This document shows positions 21,361 to 30,397 of a stretch of DNA of 64,000 bases, piece by piece. The notes below the pieces were generated by a model, which did not search any database, had not been told where the DNA came from, and worked only from the letters and a program-made list of their open reading frames with translations. A program made the translations under genes and the position numbers. The DNA is from a bacterium (lineage in GTDB: Bacteria; Patescibacteriota; Minisyncoccia; UBA6257; GWB1-50-10), in contig JAKAIX010000003.1 of the NCBI GenBank assembly GCA_021814165.1, positions 14,551 to 78,550 of the forward strand, read 5' to 3'. How positions within the stretch are numbered: the stretch's first letter is position 1; each line of letters opens with the position of its first letter.

Positions 21361-22506
21361 ATGTGTATGAGAGAAATCGTTATCGAATCGCCGGAAGAAA
21401 AGAAATTGAGAGCCGAAGTTGCAGCACGGACGGATGCGGACGGGATGCGCATGAGCCGTTTTTTGGGCATGCCCGATCTCTCGCGCACGGAAGGAAATCC
21501 CATCGCGGAAATCGTTACCCGGATATTGGCAAGCCCGTATTTCGGGGATCTCGATATCATAACAACTCCGGAGATCGTACCGGCAAGCGTGAGCTTCGAC
21601 CTCTTCGATTTTCCCGCCGATCATCCGGCACGGAGCCGTTCGGATACTTATTATATAAATGACGAGCATATTCTCCGCACGCACACTACCGTGATGTGGT
21701 ATTACTATCTTCAGGACGAGGAGGTAAGGGCGCGCATCGCGGCAAACAAGCCGGTGGGTTGTTTCAGTTTCGGAAAGGTATACCGGAGAGACGAGATCGA
21801 CCGGAATCACATGAACGTGTTCCATCAGATCGACGGTTGGTATCTCGCGCCGAAAGCGGTGAAGACGATAGGAGTGAAAGAACTTGAAGAGTCGCTGGGT
21901 GCGATTGCAACCGCGGTATTCGGACCCGATGTAAAGTATCGTCTGAATGAGGATACGTTTCCCTACACACATCCGTCCCGCGAAATGGAAGTTCAAATCA
22001 AGGATAAATGGGTGGAAGTGGTCGGATGCGGCGTGGTGAAGGGGAGCGTACTTGAGAAGCTGGGCGTGGATTCCTCGAATTACACCGGTTGGGCGTTCGG
22101 ATTCGGACTCGAGCGTCTCGCCATCGTGAGCATGAACCTTCCCGACATCCGGCTTCTCTGGTCGAAGGATCCGCGGGTAACGCGCCAGCTGAAACTCGGG
22201 AATGAATTCAAGGAAGTAAGCAAATTTCCGCCTATTACGCGCGACATCTCGTTCGTTGTAGGCAACGATTTCGTGCCGAACGATTATTTCGATTGTATTC
22301 GCGATCTCGGCGACGATCTCGTCGAAGAGGTATCGCTTCTGGACAAGTACGAGAACAAGGAAAAGTTCGGGGAAGGGAAAACAAGCTACACCTATCGCAT
22401 CGTGTATCGCTCAAACGAGCGCACGCTTACCGTCGAGGAAATCAACCCCATTCAGGAGAAAATCATCGAGGAAACGAAGGAGAAATTTCACGCGGAAGTG
22501 AGGTAG
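21361..22506 (+). CDS. pheS: phenylalanyl-tRNA synthetase alpha subunit
   Basis: Class II aaRS motifs are present (FPYTHPS...; GWAFGFGLERLAIV). The upstream part of the ORF-track frame overlaps tRNA-fMet and is not coding. Confidence 0.85.
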   Translation: MCMREIVIESPEEKKLRAEVAARTDADGMRMSRFLGMPDLSRTEGNPIAEIVTRILASPYFGDLDIITTPEIVPASVSFDLFDFPADHPARSRSDTYYINDEHILRTHTTVMWYYYLQDEEVRARIAANKPVGCFSFGKVYRRDEIDRNHMNVFHQIDGWYLAPKAVKTIGVKELEESLGAIATAVFGPDVKYRLNEDTFPYTHPSREMEVQIKDKWVEVVGCGVVKGSVLEKLGVDSSNYTGWAFGFGLERLAIVSMNLPDIRLLWSKDPRVTRQLKLGNEFKEVSKFPPITRDISFVVGNDFVPNDYFDCIRDLGDDLVEEVSLLDKYENKEKFGEGKTSYTYRIVYRSNERTLTVEEINPIQEKIIEETKEKFHAEVR

Positions 22507-22618
22507 TTTATATCCCGCACGCATTCATTCGTGCATAAGTTCCCGACATCCGGAGGTTTCTGTGAACGAGAGATATGGTGGTTCCGCCTATAGTCTAGGA
22601 AGGAACGTAATATAAAAG

Positions 22619-24739
22619 TTACTCCCTGTGCACCTCGGTTTGGAATTCCGCGAGCCGCTTTGAAAGAAGCGGATATTTTTTTAGCTTAAGATCCTCCTTG
22701 AGGATGCGAATCGCCTCCGCACGCGCCTCTTTTACGAGTTCGGGATGGCGCAACGCTTTCATCGCGAGATCGGGGATACCGGTTTGGGAATTTCCGAAAA
22801 ATTCTCCGGGACCGCGCTGGCGCAGATCCCGCTCGGCGAGTTCGAGTCCGTTCCTCGCCTCGACAATTGCCTTGAGACGCGCGCGCGCGGTTTCGGAACT
22901 CGAATCCGTGAAAAGGAAGCAGTATGACTGATGTACTCCGCGCCCCACGCGTCCTCTGAATTGATACAGTTGAGCGAGTCCGAATCGGTCCGCACCCTCG
23001 ATAATCATGATAGTTGCATTCGGAACGTCGACACCCACTTCGACGACGGAGGTCGAGACGAGTAAGTCGACTCGTCGTTCCATAAACTCTTTCATAACCC
23101 GTTCTTTCTCGATCGCCTTCATCTTGCCGTGAAGCATTACTATGCGAAGATCGGGAAACACCTTTTTGGAAAGTTTCTCATATTCTTCGGTAACGGACTT
23201 CACGTCAAGCTGCTGTAATTCTCTGAACGAGAATCTCTCGGGGGCATCGGGGTTTGCTTGGCGCGGTTCGATGCGCGGACAGATCACGAATATCTGCCGC
23301 CCGGCGTTCGCCTGTTTCCTTACGAATTCATAGGTCGTCGCACGCTCTTTTTGGGTAACCGTCTTGGTGATGATGGGCTTTCTGTCTTTCGGAAGTTCGG
23401 TGATGAGCGAGAGATCGAGATCGCCGAAGAGCGTGAGGGAAAGGGTGCGCGGAATCGGGGTCGCTGACATACTCAAAAAGTGGGGAATAGCCTCTCTTTT
23501 CTTCACGAGCACGGCTCGCTGTTCGACGCCGAAGCGGTGTTGCTCATCGATAATAATGAAACCGAGCGAACGGAACGTTACGTCCGACTGCAAAAGCGCG
23601 TGCGTGCCAACGATAATTTCTATCGCTCCGTCTTTCACCTCTTTTAATAGCTCCTTTTTCTTTTTAATGGTCTCGAGATTGTTTCCGTAGAATACCTTCG
23701 CATCGTGTCCCGTGACGAGCGCGACTCCTCCTTCGAACTCGCCGAAGAATTTTTTGAACGTTTCGTAATGCTGGCGCGCGAGTATCTCCGTCGGCGCCAT
23801 GAGTGCCGCCTGATATCCGTGGTGCGCCGCGTGCAACGCCGCAATTGCGACAACCACGGTTTTTCCCGATCCTACGTCCCCTTGGAGAAGTCGGTTCATC
23901 GGGGTCGCACGTGCCGTGTCTTTCAAGATTTCCCAGAGTGATCGTTTCTGGGAAAAAGTGAGCGGAAAGGGGAGATGGAGAAGAAGATCTTTTATAAAAG
24001 GGAGGTCGACGGGGAATGAAGGAGCGCGCTGTTCCGTGAGCGCGAGTTTTTGTTTTACGTTGAAAAGTTGAAGAAAAAAGAGATCCTCGAATGCAAACCG
24101 TTCTTTCGCGCGGAGCGCCTCCGGAAGCTCGAGGGGAAAATGAATACTGTGAAGCGCAAGGTTTATATCGGGAAGATGTTCGCGCGAGAGCAATGCGCGG
24201 GGAAGCGGGTCTTCCAGCTGCGGGAGATGATCCAGGACGGGTTTTATGAGATATCTAATTCCTTTCGAGGTGAGCCCTTTCGTTTCGGGATAGACCGGTA
24301 CGATACGAGCGGTGTGTTTCGTCTCGTACGCTTCTCTCACGAGCTCGTAGGTAGGATTCGAAAGATAGATATCTTCCTTTTCACTTACCTTTCCCGAGAA
24401 GTTGGCGATGCGGCCCGGCTGAAGAGTGTTTTTGATATACGGCTGATTAAACCAGACGGCGCGGATCGACCCCGAGTCGTCGCGTATCACGACCTCCGTG
24501 ACATACAAATTTCTCCGCCACGCGCGGCGCCCGCTCACTTCTTCGACCATGCCCTGAATAGTCGCTTCCTGATTCGGAATAAGATCCGCGATTTTATAAA
24601 CTTGTGAGAAATCCTCGTAACGAGTGGGAAAGTGCCACAGAAGATCGCGCACGGAGGAGATCCCCATCTTCTTGAGCTTCACGAGGAACTTCTGCCCTAT
24701 CCCGTGGATCGCCGAGAGCGGCGTCTCGAGCGTTATCAT
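22619..24739 (-). CDS. recG: ATP-dependent DNA helicase RecG
   Basis: N-terminal wedge domain, SF2 helicase motifs (GDVGSGKT Walker A, DEQHRFG) and 706 aa length. Confidence 0.9.
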   Translation of the reverse strand: MITLETPLSAIHGIGQKFLVKLKKMGISSVRDLLWHFPTRYEDFSQVYKIADLIPNQEATIQGMVEEVSGRRAWRRNLYVTEVVIRDDSGSIRAVWFNQPYIKNTLQPGRIANFSGKVSEKEDIYLSNPTYELVREAYETKHTARIVPVYPETKGLTSKGIRYLIKPVLDHLPQLEDPLPRALLSREHLPDINLALHSIHFPLELPEALRAKERFAFEDLFFLQLFNVKQKLALTEQRAPSFPVDLPFIKDLLLHLPFPLTFSQKRSLWEILKDTARATPMNRLLQGDVGSGKTVVVAIAALHAAHHGYQAALMAPTEILARQHYETFKKFFGEFEGGVALVTGHDAKVFYGNNLETIKKKKELLKEVKDGAIEIIVGTHALLQSDVTFRSLGFIIIDEQHRFGVEQRAVLVKKREAIPHFLSMSATPIPRTLSLTLFGDLDLSLITELPKDRKPIITKTVTQKERATTYEFVRKQANAGRQIFVICPRIEPRQANPDAPERFSFRELQQLDVKSVTEEYEKLSKKVFPDLRIVMLHGKMKAIEKERVMKEFMERRVDLLVSTSVVEVGVDVPNATIMIIEGADRFGLAQLYQFRGRVGRGVHQSYCFLFTDSSSETARARLKAIVEARNGLELAERDLRQRGPGEFFGNSQTGIPDLAMKALRHPELVKEARAEAIRILKEDLKLKKYPLLSKRLAEFQTEVHRE

Positions 24740-24838
24740 GTCGCGACCAGTATATCAGAAATCAGAGCGGAAATCCATGCTTGTAAGCGGCGGGCGGAGG
24801 GGGTATCGTAGGAATAGAAAATTAATTTCGAGGTCAAA

Positions 24839-25591
24839 ATGAAAGCGGTGATTGTATCGGCGTTTTTTCTGCTGTTTGGTGTTTGTGTCTCCGCTGGGAA
24901 GGAGTTTCCCAAGGAATCCGCGGCGCGGAAGATATTTTTGAGGATAAAAGACGACAATCTTCCCAAAGAATATGTGGAGGCCGTGATGAAGGATCCGCGG
25001 ATGAGATTCGATCGAGCGCTTATTGACACGATACGGACGCTGAAAAGAAGGAGAACCGGATTCGGCTTCATGTTTGATTCCGTTTCGGTCGCTCGCGGAA
25101 AAAGTTTCCTCAAAGGATACGCACCCCTGGGCGGCGTTTCCAAGAAATACGGTGTTCCTCCCGAGATTCTTACTGCAATGTTCAGAATCGAGTGCGATCT
25201 CGGCTTGAATGCGGGAACATTCTGCGCTCCTACCACCTTTTACACTCTCTATGTTCACTTTCCGAAATATAGAGCGTTTGCCCTGCGGGAGATGAGAATG
25301 TTTCTCAGGTGGTGCAAAAAGGAGAGTATAGATCCGTTCTCGGTTCGCGGTTCTTGGATGGGGGCTCTTTTCCTTACTCAGTTCATGCCGTCATCGCTCG
25401 GCTTCGGAGTGGATGGCGACGGCGACGGAAAGGTAAATCTTCTGAGTTTTACCGATGCGTTATTCAGTATTGGAAACTATCTGAAGAAGGCAGGCTACAG
25501 GAGAAATCCCAGAAAGGCGGTCTTTCAATACAACCACAACGAAGCATATGTGAAAGCGGTCTTTCGATACGCGGAGTTGATCAAAAAATAA
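24839..25591 (+). CDS. lytic murein transglycosylase (MltB-like, GH103)
   Basis: Signal peptide present. The motifs FLTQFMPSS and VDGDGDGKVNL are characteristic of the MltB family. Confidence 0.7.
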   Translation: MKAVIVSAFFLLFGVCVSAGKEFPKESAARKIFLRIKDDNLPKEYVEAVMKDPRMRFDRALIDTIRTLKRRRTGFGFMFDSVSVARGKSFLKGYAPLGGVSKKYGVPPEILTAMFRIECDLGLNAGTFCAPTTFYTLYVHFPKYRAFALREMRMFLRWCKKESIDPFSVRGSWMGALFLTQFMPSSLGFGVDGDGDGKVNLLSFTDALFSIGNYLKKAGYRRNPRKAVFQYNHNEAYVKAVFRYAELIKK

Positions 25592-25621
25592 GAGTCCCGA
25601 AACGTTTTTGTGTCGGGACTT

Positions 25622-26362
25622 TTATATTTCTTCATCCCGGTTTGTTTCCAGAAACCCGGAGACTTTTATTACGTCCGCGGGGTTGCCGAAGTCGAACCAG
25701 TAGTCCTTGATTTCTTTCACTTTCACCTTTCCCTGCTTCGCGAGCATGCGGATCGCATCCGTGAGCTCGTACTCTCCCCGCGGGGACACGCCGACGCGGT
25801 CTATTACATCGAAAATTTCCGACGTGAACTTTGCGAGCCCGGTGTTAATAAGATTGGAGACGAATGTATTGGGTTTCTCTATTATGTCTTCAAGAAACTC
25901 TCCCCGGGTGAGAAGTACCCCGTATTTTTCCGGGTGCGCGTGCTTGAAGCCGCTGACATAAGTAAATTCATCGTTCATTGCAATCGATCTGATATCCTTG
26001 GAGGAATATATGTTATCCCCGAATATCGCGATAAACGGTTCGCTCCCCACGGCATGTTTCACGCACTGGATCGGGATTGCGGTTCCATATTTCGCGGTTC
26101 CGGCGACCTCGAATTGATCGACGAGTTCGATGGGAAACTCGTCGTGATATTCCCTCGCAAACTCTTCCATTGCCTCCTTCTTGTGCCCGACGACGAGAAT
26201 CATCTCGGTGATGCCCGCTTCTTTTAGGTTCCGAAGCACGTAGTACAAAAAAGGCCGGTCACGGACCTTAATGAGGTGTTTCGGTTTGTTCACGGCGAGG
26301 TGAAGCATGCGTGTGCCCTTTCCCGCCGCCGCGATGACCGCTTTTCGTACAGTACCGTCCAT
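25622..26362 (-). CDS. sugar-phosphate nucleotidyltransferase (GalU/RmlA-like)
   Basis: The motif AAGKGTRM (G-x-G-T-R) is 10 residues from the N-terminus. The -10 box abuts the ATG. The longer ORF-track version (to 26593) runs into the tRNA region and is rejected. Confidence 0.8.
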   Translation of the reverse strand: MDGTVRKAVIAAAGKGTRMLHLAVNKPKHLIKVRDRPFLYYVLRNLKEAGITEMILVVGHKKEAMEEFAREYHDEFPIELVDQFEVAGTAKYGTAIPIQCVKHAVGSEPFIAIFGDNIYSSKDIRSIAMNDEFTYVSGFKHAHPEKYGVLLTRGEFLEDIIEKPNTFVSNLINTGLAKFTSEIFDVIDRVGVSPRGEYELTDAIRMLAKQGKVKVKEIKDYWFDFGNPADVIKVSGFLETNRDEEI

Positions 26363-26485
26363 ACGGTTATTATGATGAGCGAAAAGTAGAAAATTGTAAA
26401 TTACGATCCTATCTTGCGCCTCTTCAAAATCATAGAACGAATTTGAAGCGAAAAGGGGATCGGTCTGCCTACACAAGCAGAGGAA

Positions 26486-26540
26486 AACCCCAGCAGGAAT
26501 CGAACGTCGCTTCGCTCCTTGAGAACCCTCGGTTCTCAAC
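26486..26540 (-). repeat. degenerate partial copy of tRNA-Lys 3' half (pseudo-tRNA fragment)
   Basis: The reverse complement ttctcaaggagcgaagcgacgttcgattcctgctgggg aligns with the tRNA-Lys anticodon-stem-to-3'-end sequence ttttaaggagaaggtcgcaggttcgagtcctgctggggg. Confidence 0.5.
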
Positions 26541-26620
26541 GGGCTTCGCCCCGCTCTCCTGCACGGGAGACTAGCGTGTTCTCCCGACCCCACTCCTGTT
26601 CGAGTACTGCGAGAGAAGAT

Positions 26621-26650
26621 AAAAATTCCCGGAACGAATCCGGGAATTTT
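26621..26650. terminator. bidirectional rho-independent terminator hairpin
   Basis: aaaaattcccgg-aacgaa-tccgggaattttt: a GC stem flanked by an A-run and a T-run. Confidence 0.6.
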
Positions 26651-26657
26651 TGTCTTG

Positions 26658-26730
26658 TGCCCCCAGCAGGATTCGAACCTGCGACCTTCTCCTTAAGAGG
26701 GAGCAGCTCTACCAACTGAGCTATAGGGGC
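26658..26730 (-). tRNA. tRNA-Lys (CTT)
   Basis: Reverse complement gcccctatagctcagttggtagagc...ctCTTaa...ggtcgcaggttcgaatcctgctgggggc-a. It is near-identical to the tRNA-Lys(TTT) at 61997 except for the anticodon and the T-loop. Confidence 0.85.
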
Positions 26731-26858
26731 CCTCCTCCGCTTTGATTGTATTATCAAAGCTTCGGACGGGCAAGAATGATGGATCATTATATTCTCGTCC
26801 TTCCGAAGCTCGAATATATTTTCGAGCGAAGGCGGGAGATGTTATCTTATAAATTAAT
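26731..26858. repeat. ~130-bp tRNA-Lys upstream segment duplicated (inverted) at 61866-61996
   Basis: Shared sequence with inner palindromes: cctcctccgctttgattgtattatcaaagcttcggacgggcaagaatgatggatcattatattctcgtccttccgaagctcgaatatatttt. Confidence 0.75.
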
Positions 26859-26927
26859 AGGCCTTGCCGCTTTAGTCAATCAAATCCGCCTCTTTCCGAT
26901 CTTTTTGCTTCCGCGTTTTCTTCTTGG

Positions 26928-27767
26928 TCAAGGCGCGGGCGGAGGCAATTTGTAGTTCCCCGTTGCGAGAATCTTTCTTTCTCCCGCATCCAGAACCACA
27001 TATTGGCCTATTTCGGAAAAACCTGTTGCCGCACCGCTGACCCCTTTTTCGATAAATTCGATAACTGTTTGTTCGTTGGGAAACCCTCTAAGCGATTGTG
27101 GGAAAAAGTCAGGATATTTGGACTTTAATCTGCCAATGGTGGCCACAACTATTTTCCCTCCACGCGAAGACCCCGTGCCGCTTCCTTTTAAAATCAGCGC
27201 CGCGTCTTTAATGTCTGTAATCCAGTTTTTTATGGGAAGATGTTTCTCGCGTGATTCAGGTTCTCCGGTTGGTTGGCCACAGCCAGATTCCGGAGGCGGC
27301 GCCGTTCCGCCCGAACAAGTTCGTACAATGAAGTCTTCGCTACTTGTTGCATAATTTCGTTTCGTTTGGTTATCAAACCATTCATTCACTCTGATATATT
27401 TAATGTCGCTATTTGGTAAAACAAAAGAACTGGCCGCATAGGTGAGGCGTACGTTACCTGTGTTGATTTCATCTGGATCGAGTGAGGTTTCGATATCAAA
27501 GGGCTCCGCACCCGAAGCAATCGCCGCGGCATCTTTAGTATGAAGGCTGGCAATAGCGAGTAATGAACTACGTAAATCTACTTTCTCTACGGCAGTGGTT
27601 GTCGAAGTTGATGATGGCATCGTCGATGGAGGAGCGGAAGTCAAGAAAGAATCCGGGATTGGCATGGACCGCGGGGATTTTTTTACCAAAGCTAAGTATC
27701 CTACCGCCGCCAGAAAAGCAACGACGAGCAGAGAAAGAATGATGCTTGCAAATCCTTTTTCATTCAT
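26928..27767 (-). CDS. membrane-anchored hypothetical protein (Ser/Thr/Pro-rich linker, extracytoplasmic domain)
   Basis: N-terminal TM helix (ASIILSLLVVAFLAAVGYLAL), an STTT-rich linker, and 279 aa. Confidence 0.6.
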   Translation of the reverse strand: MNEKGFASIILSLLVVAFLAAVGYLALVKKSPRSMPIPDSFLTSAPPSTMPSSTSTTTAVEKVDLRSSLLAIASLHTKDAAAIASGAEPFDIETSLDPDEINTGNVRLTYAASSFVLPNSDIKYIRVNEWFDNQTKRNYATSSEDFIVRTCSGGTAPPPESGCGQPTGEPESREKHLPIKNWITDIKDAALILKGSGTGSSRGGKIVVATIGRLKSKYPDFFPQSLRGFPNEQTVIEFIEKGVSGAATGFSEIGQYVVLDAGERKILATGNYKLPPPAP

Positions 27768-27794
27768 ATGATTGATTTTCTAGAAATTTCTTAC

Positions 27795-27871
27795 TGGTGC
27801 CCTCGGCAGGACTTGAACCTGCAACCCTTTGGTTCGAAGCCAAATACTCTATCCAATTGAGCTACGAGGGC
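27795..27871 (-). tRNA. tRNA-Arg (TCG), CCA encoded
   Basis: Reverse complement gccctcg-ta-gctcaattggatagagt, anticodon stem tttgg/ccaaa with loop cTTCGaa, T-arm gcagg-ttcaagt-cctgc, acceptor cgagggc-a-cca. Confidence 0.85.
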
Positions 27872-27932
27872 TTTACTATTCGCATTCTACCCCGGTTTCT
27901 CGAAAAGAGGAAGGCGGGATATAATATGACTA

Positions 27933-29411
27933 ATGCGATCGGTGGTTCCGAAAGAGGTAAAGGAAACGGCGGCAATGCTCTCCCAAGCGGGGTATCGGGC
28001 GTATCTCGTAGGCGGGTGCGTGCGCGACGTGCTCTTGAAGCGCGATCCCAAGGATTGGGATATCGCGACCGACGCGCGTCCCGAGGAGATACAAAAAACG
28101 TTTCCGGAGAACGTGTATGAGAATGATTTTGGGACCGTGGGAATAAAAACGAAGTCCGAAGACCCGCGTCTCAGGATCGTCGAAGTGACCACCTTCAGGA
28201 TCGAGAGCGATTACTCCGATAAGCGCCACCCCGATGCCGTACGGTTTGCAAAAACCATCGAAGAAGATCTCTCCCGCAGGGATTTCACCATAAACGCAAT
28301 GGCGATAAATCCGGAAGCAAGGGACAAAAAATCGGGAACCGAAGAAATAGTGGATCCTTACGGCGGACAGAAAGATTTGAAAAACAAGGTTATCCGCACG
28401 GTGGGGGATCCGCGGAAACGCTTCGAAGAAGACGCACTCCGTCTTATGCGCGCGGTACGATTCGCGGTAGAGCTCGGTTTTGAAGTAGAACCGGCAACTC
28501 TGCGGGCAATGAAGGAACACGCGGGGCTTCTTGAGATGATCTCGAAGGAGCGGATTCGCGACGAATTGATAAAAATCGTCATGACACCCCGCGCGGCCGA
28601 AGGCATAATTCTCCTTGAGGATACGGGACTTCTTCCTCACGTTATTCCCGAGCTCAAGGAGGGAGTCGGATGCGGTCAGAACAAGCATCATATCTATACC
28701 GTGTTCGATCACAACGTGCGCGCCTTAAACTACACGGCAGAGAAACATTACTCCCTCGAAGTTCGCCTCGCGGCGCTTCTTCATGACGTCGGAAAGCCGA
28801 GGACGAAACGCGGCGAGGGACCCGATTCGACGTTTTACAATCACGAGGGAGTGGGGGCGAGAATGACGGCGAAGATTATGGATCGCCTTCGTGTCCCGAA
28901 AGAGACTGCCGAACGGGTAATTCACCTTGTGCGTTACCACCTTTTCTACTACAACGTCGGCGAAGTAACTGAGGCGGGCGTCAGGCGTTTTATTCAGCGC
29001 GTAGGAGAGGAATACATCGACGATCTCTTCAAGGTCCGCGAAGCGGATCGCATCGGTTCAGGCGTGCCGAAAGCCGTTCCTTACAAGCTTCGCCACCTTC
29101 GCTTTATGATGGAAAAGGTGAAGCGCGACCCGATTCATCCGAAGATGTTAAAAATGAAGGGAGACACGGTAATGGAACTTCTGCATATCCCGCCGGGGCC
29201 CAAAGTGGGGCAGCTTCTTTCGGTGCTCCTTGAGGAAGTGCTTGACGATCCGTCCTTGAATACGGAACAATACCTCCACGCCCGCGTGAAAGAACTCGCC
29301 GTGCATCCGGAGAAAGAACTCAAAGCGCTTGCGGAGAGGGCGAGGGAGAAAAAAGAAGAGTTCGAAAGCGGCATTGAGGAAGACATAAAGAAAAAATATT
29401 TTGTGAAATAG
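27933..29411 (+). CDS. cca: CCA-adding enzyme / tRNA nucleotidyltransferase with HD domain
   Basis: Pol-beta NTase motif (GGCVRD...DWDIATDA), a tRNA-NT head, and a C-terminal HD domain (LLHDVGKP). Confidence 0.85.
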   Translation: MRSVVPKEVKETAAMLSQAGYRAYLVGGCVRDVLLKRDPKDWDIATDARPEEIQKTFPENVYENDFGTVGIKTKSEDPRLRIVEVTTFRIESDYSDKRHPDAVRFAKTIEEDLSRRDFTINAMAINPEARDKKSGTEEIVDPYGGQKDLKNKVIRTVGDPRKRFEEDALRLMRAVRFAVELGFEVEPATLRAMKEHAGLLEMISKERIRDELIKIVMTPRAAEGIILLEDTGLLPHVIPELKEGVGCGQNKHHIYTVFDHNVRALNYTAEKHYSLEVRLAALLHDVGKPRTKRGEGPDSTFYNHEGVGARMTAKIMDRLRVPKETAERVIHLVRYHLFYYNVGEVTEAGVRRFIQRVGEEYIDDLFKVREADRIGSGVPKAVPYKLRHLRFMMEKVKRDPIHPKMLKMKGDTVMELLHIPPGPKVGQLLSVLLEEVLDDPSLNTEQYLHARVKELAVHPEKELKALAERAREKKEEFESGIEEDIKKKYFVK

Positions 29412-29415
29412 AGAT

Positions 29416-29823
29416 ATGAATCTGCCTTCATTCAAAGACGAACGCATCTGGAGAGTACTTACCAACTTTTGGACCTATCTCTTCATCATTTTTATCATAA
29501 TTAATTTTTTTGACAGGGATGCGCTTGATTTTCTTATCGCTCCCTTCAGCGTGGTGTACATCGGCATTCTCGGGCTTTACGTGGGTACGAAGGAATTCGA
29601 TCGGTGGTACGACATGCACGAGAGCCGCCATCCGGGGGAACTTTTCGTCTTCATGTGGACGGTGGTGGTGTTCGGACTTCTTATCCTCTCGGCGGTGCTT
29701 CAAAACGGCTACAGGGTGTCTTCGGAGGGGATCGCTGTGTATATCATGGTGCTCTCGGTTTTCGCGCTCACGCAGAAATCAAAACGGCTCCACGAGCGGA
29801 AAAAAGCGAGAAAGAGAAAGTAG
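29416..29823 (+). CDS. small multi-pass membrane protein, hypothetical
   Basis: 135 aa with 3-4 predicted TM helices and a basic C-terminal tail. Confidence 0.55.
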   Translation: MNLPSFKDERIWRVLTNFWTYLFIIFIIINFFDRDALDFLIAPFSVVYIGILGLYVGTKEFDRWYDMHESRHPGELFVFMWTVVVFGLLILSAVLQNGYRVSSEGIAVYIMVLSVFALTQKSKRLHERKKARKRK

Positions 29824-29832
29824 AAAATAAAA

Positions 29833-29862
29833 AACATCCGCCCTTTCGGCGGATGTTTTTTG
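29833..29862 (+). terminator. rho-independent terminator
   Basis: aacatccgcc-ctttc-ggcggatgtt followed by TTTTT. Confidence 0.8.
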
Positions 29863-30012
29863 TGGACCCACGGGGAATCTCACGCGCTCGCTCTCACTCG
29901 CTTTTCAAAACCCACGGTTTTGAATCCGCTTCACTCATTCCTCCACGGGGAAACTCCCGTTTCCCCGACCCCTTTCCCACTCGGCAATGTTCACCCCATT
30001 AGACATTCGTTG

Positions 30013-30083
30013 TGGACCTAGGGAGAATCGAACTCCCGTCCCGGCAATGCGAATGCCGTGTTCTACCACTAAACCATAGGCCC
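30013..30083 (-). tRNA. tRNA-Ala (CGC)
   Basis: Reverse complement gggccta...cggca-ttCGCat-tgccg...gggag-ttcgatt-ctccc-taggtcc-a. The G3:U70 Ala identity pair is present. Confidence 0.8.
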
Positions 30084-30222
30084 TAATTTACCACCTATGT
30101 CTAATGGAGCGAATGTTCCCGATTTGTACGAAAATTCTAAAATTTTCGTCTACAAATCGCAATCCCGCTTGCGGGGCCGCGTAATACCACTTTACTATGG
30201 GCCCGTTGGTCTAGGGTGCTTG

Positions 30223-30293
30223 TCGGGCTGCTGGGAGTCGAACCCAGTCTACACGCACCCGAAGCGTGCGTACTACCGCCATACTCCAGCCCG
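30223..30293 (-). tRNA. tRNA-Pro (CGG)
   Basis: Reverse complement cgggctg...cacgc-ttCGGgt-gcgtg...ctggg-ttcgact-cccag-cagcccg-a. C1:G72 and discriminator A73 are typical of tRNA-Pro. Confidence 0.7.
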
Positions 30294-30397
30294 ATCCAAG
30301 CATTTCAAGAATAAATGAATTTGAAGAAGAAGGGAAGGTCTTACTCCGGTTCTCGGAGAGTTGAGCAAAAAAACCTTTGAATATATGATTATCTCAT

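Noticed and set aside
25622-26593. Long version (323 aa) of the nucleotidyltransferase ORF
   Set aside because: The upstream 77 codons read across the terminator hairpin and the pseudo-tRNA fragment. The G-x-G-T-R motif starts 10 residues after the Met at 26362.
26440-26660. Candidate tmRNA/SRP/RNase P/6S RNA in the structured spacer next to tRNA-Lys(CTT)
   Set aside because: No tRNA-like acceptor/T-arm pairing for tmRNA, no SRP domain-IV motif, and too short for RNase P. The tRNA-like similarity is better explained as a decayed copy of the tRNA-Lys 3' half.
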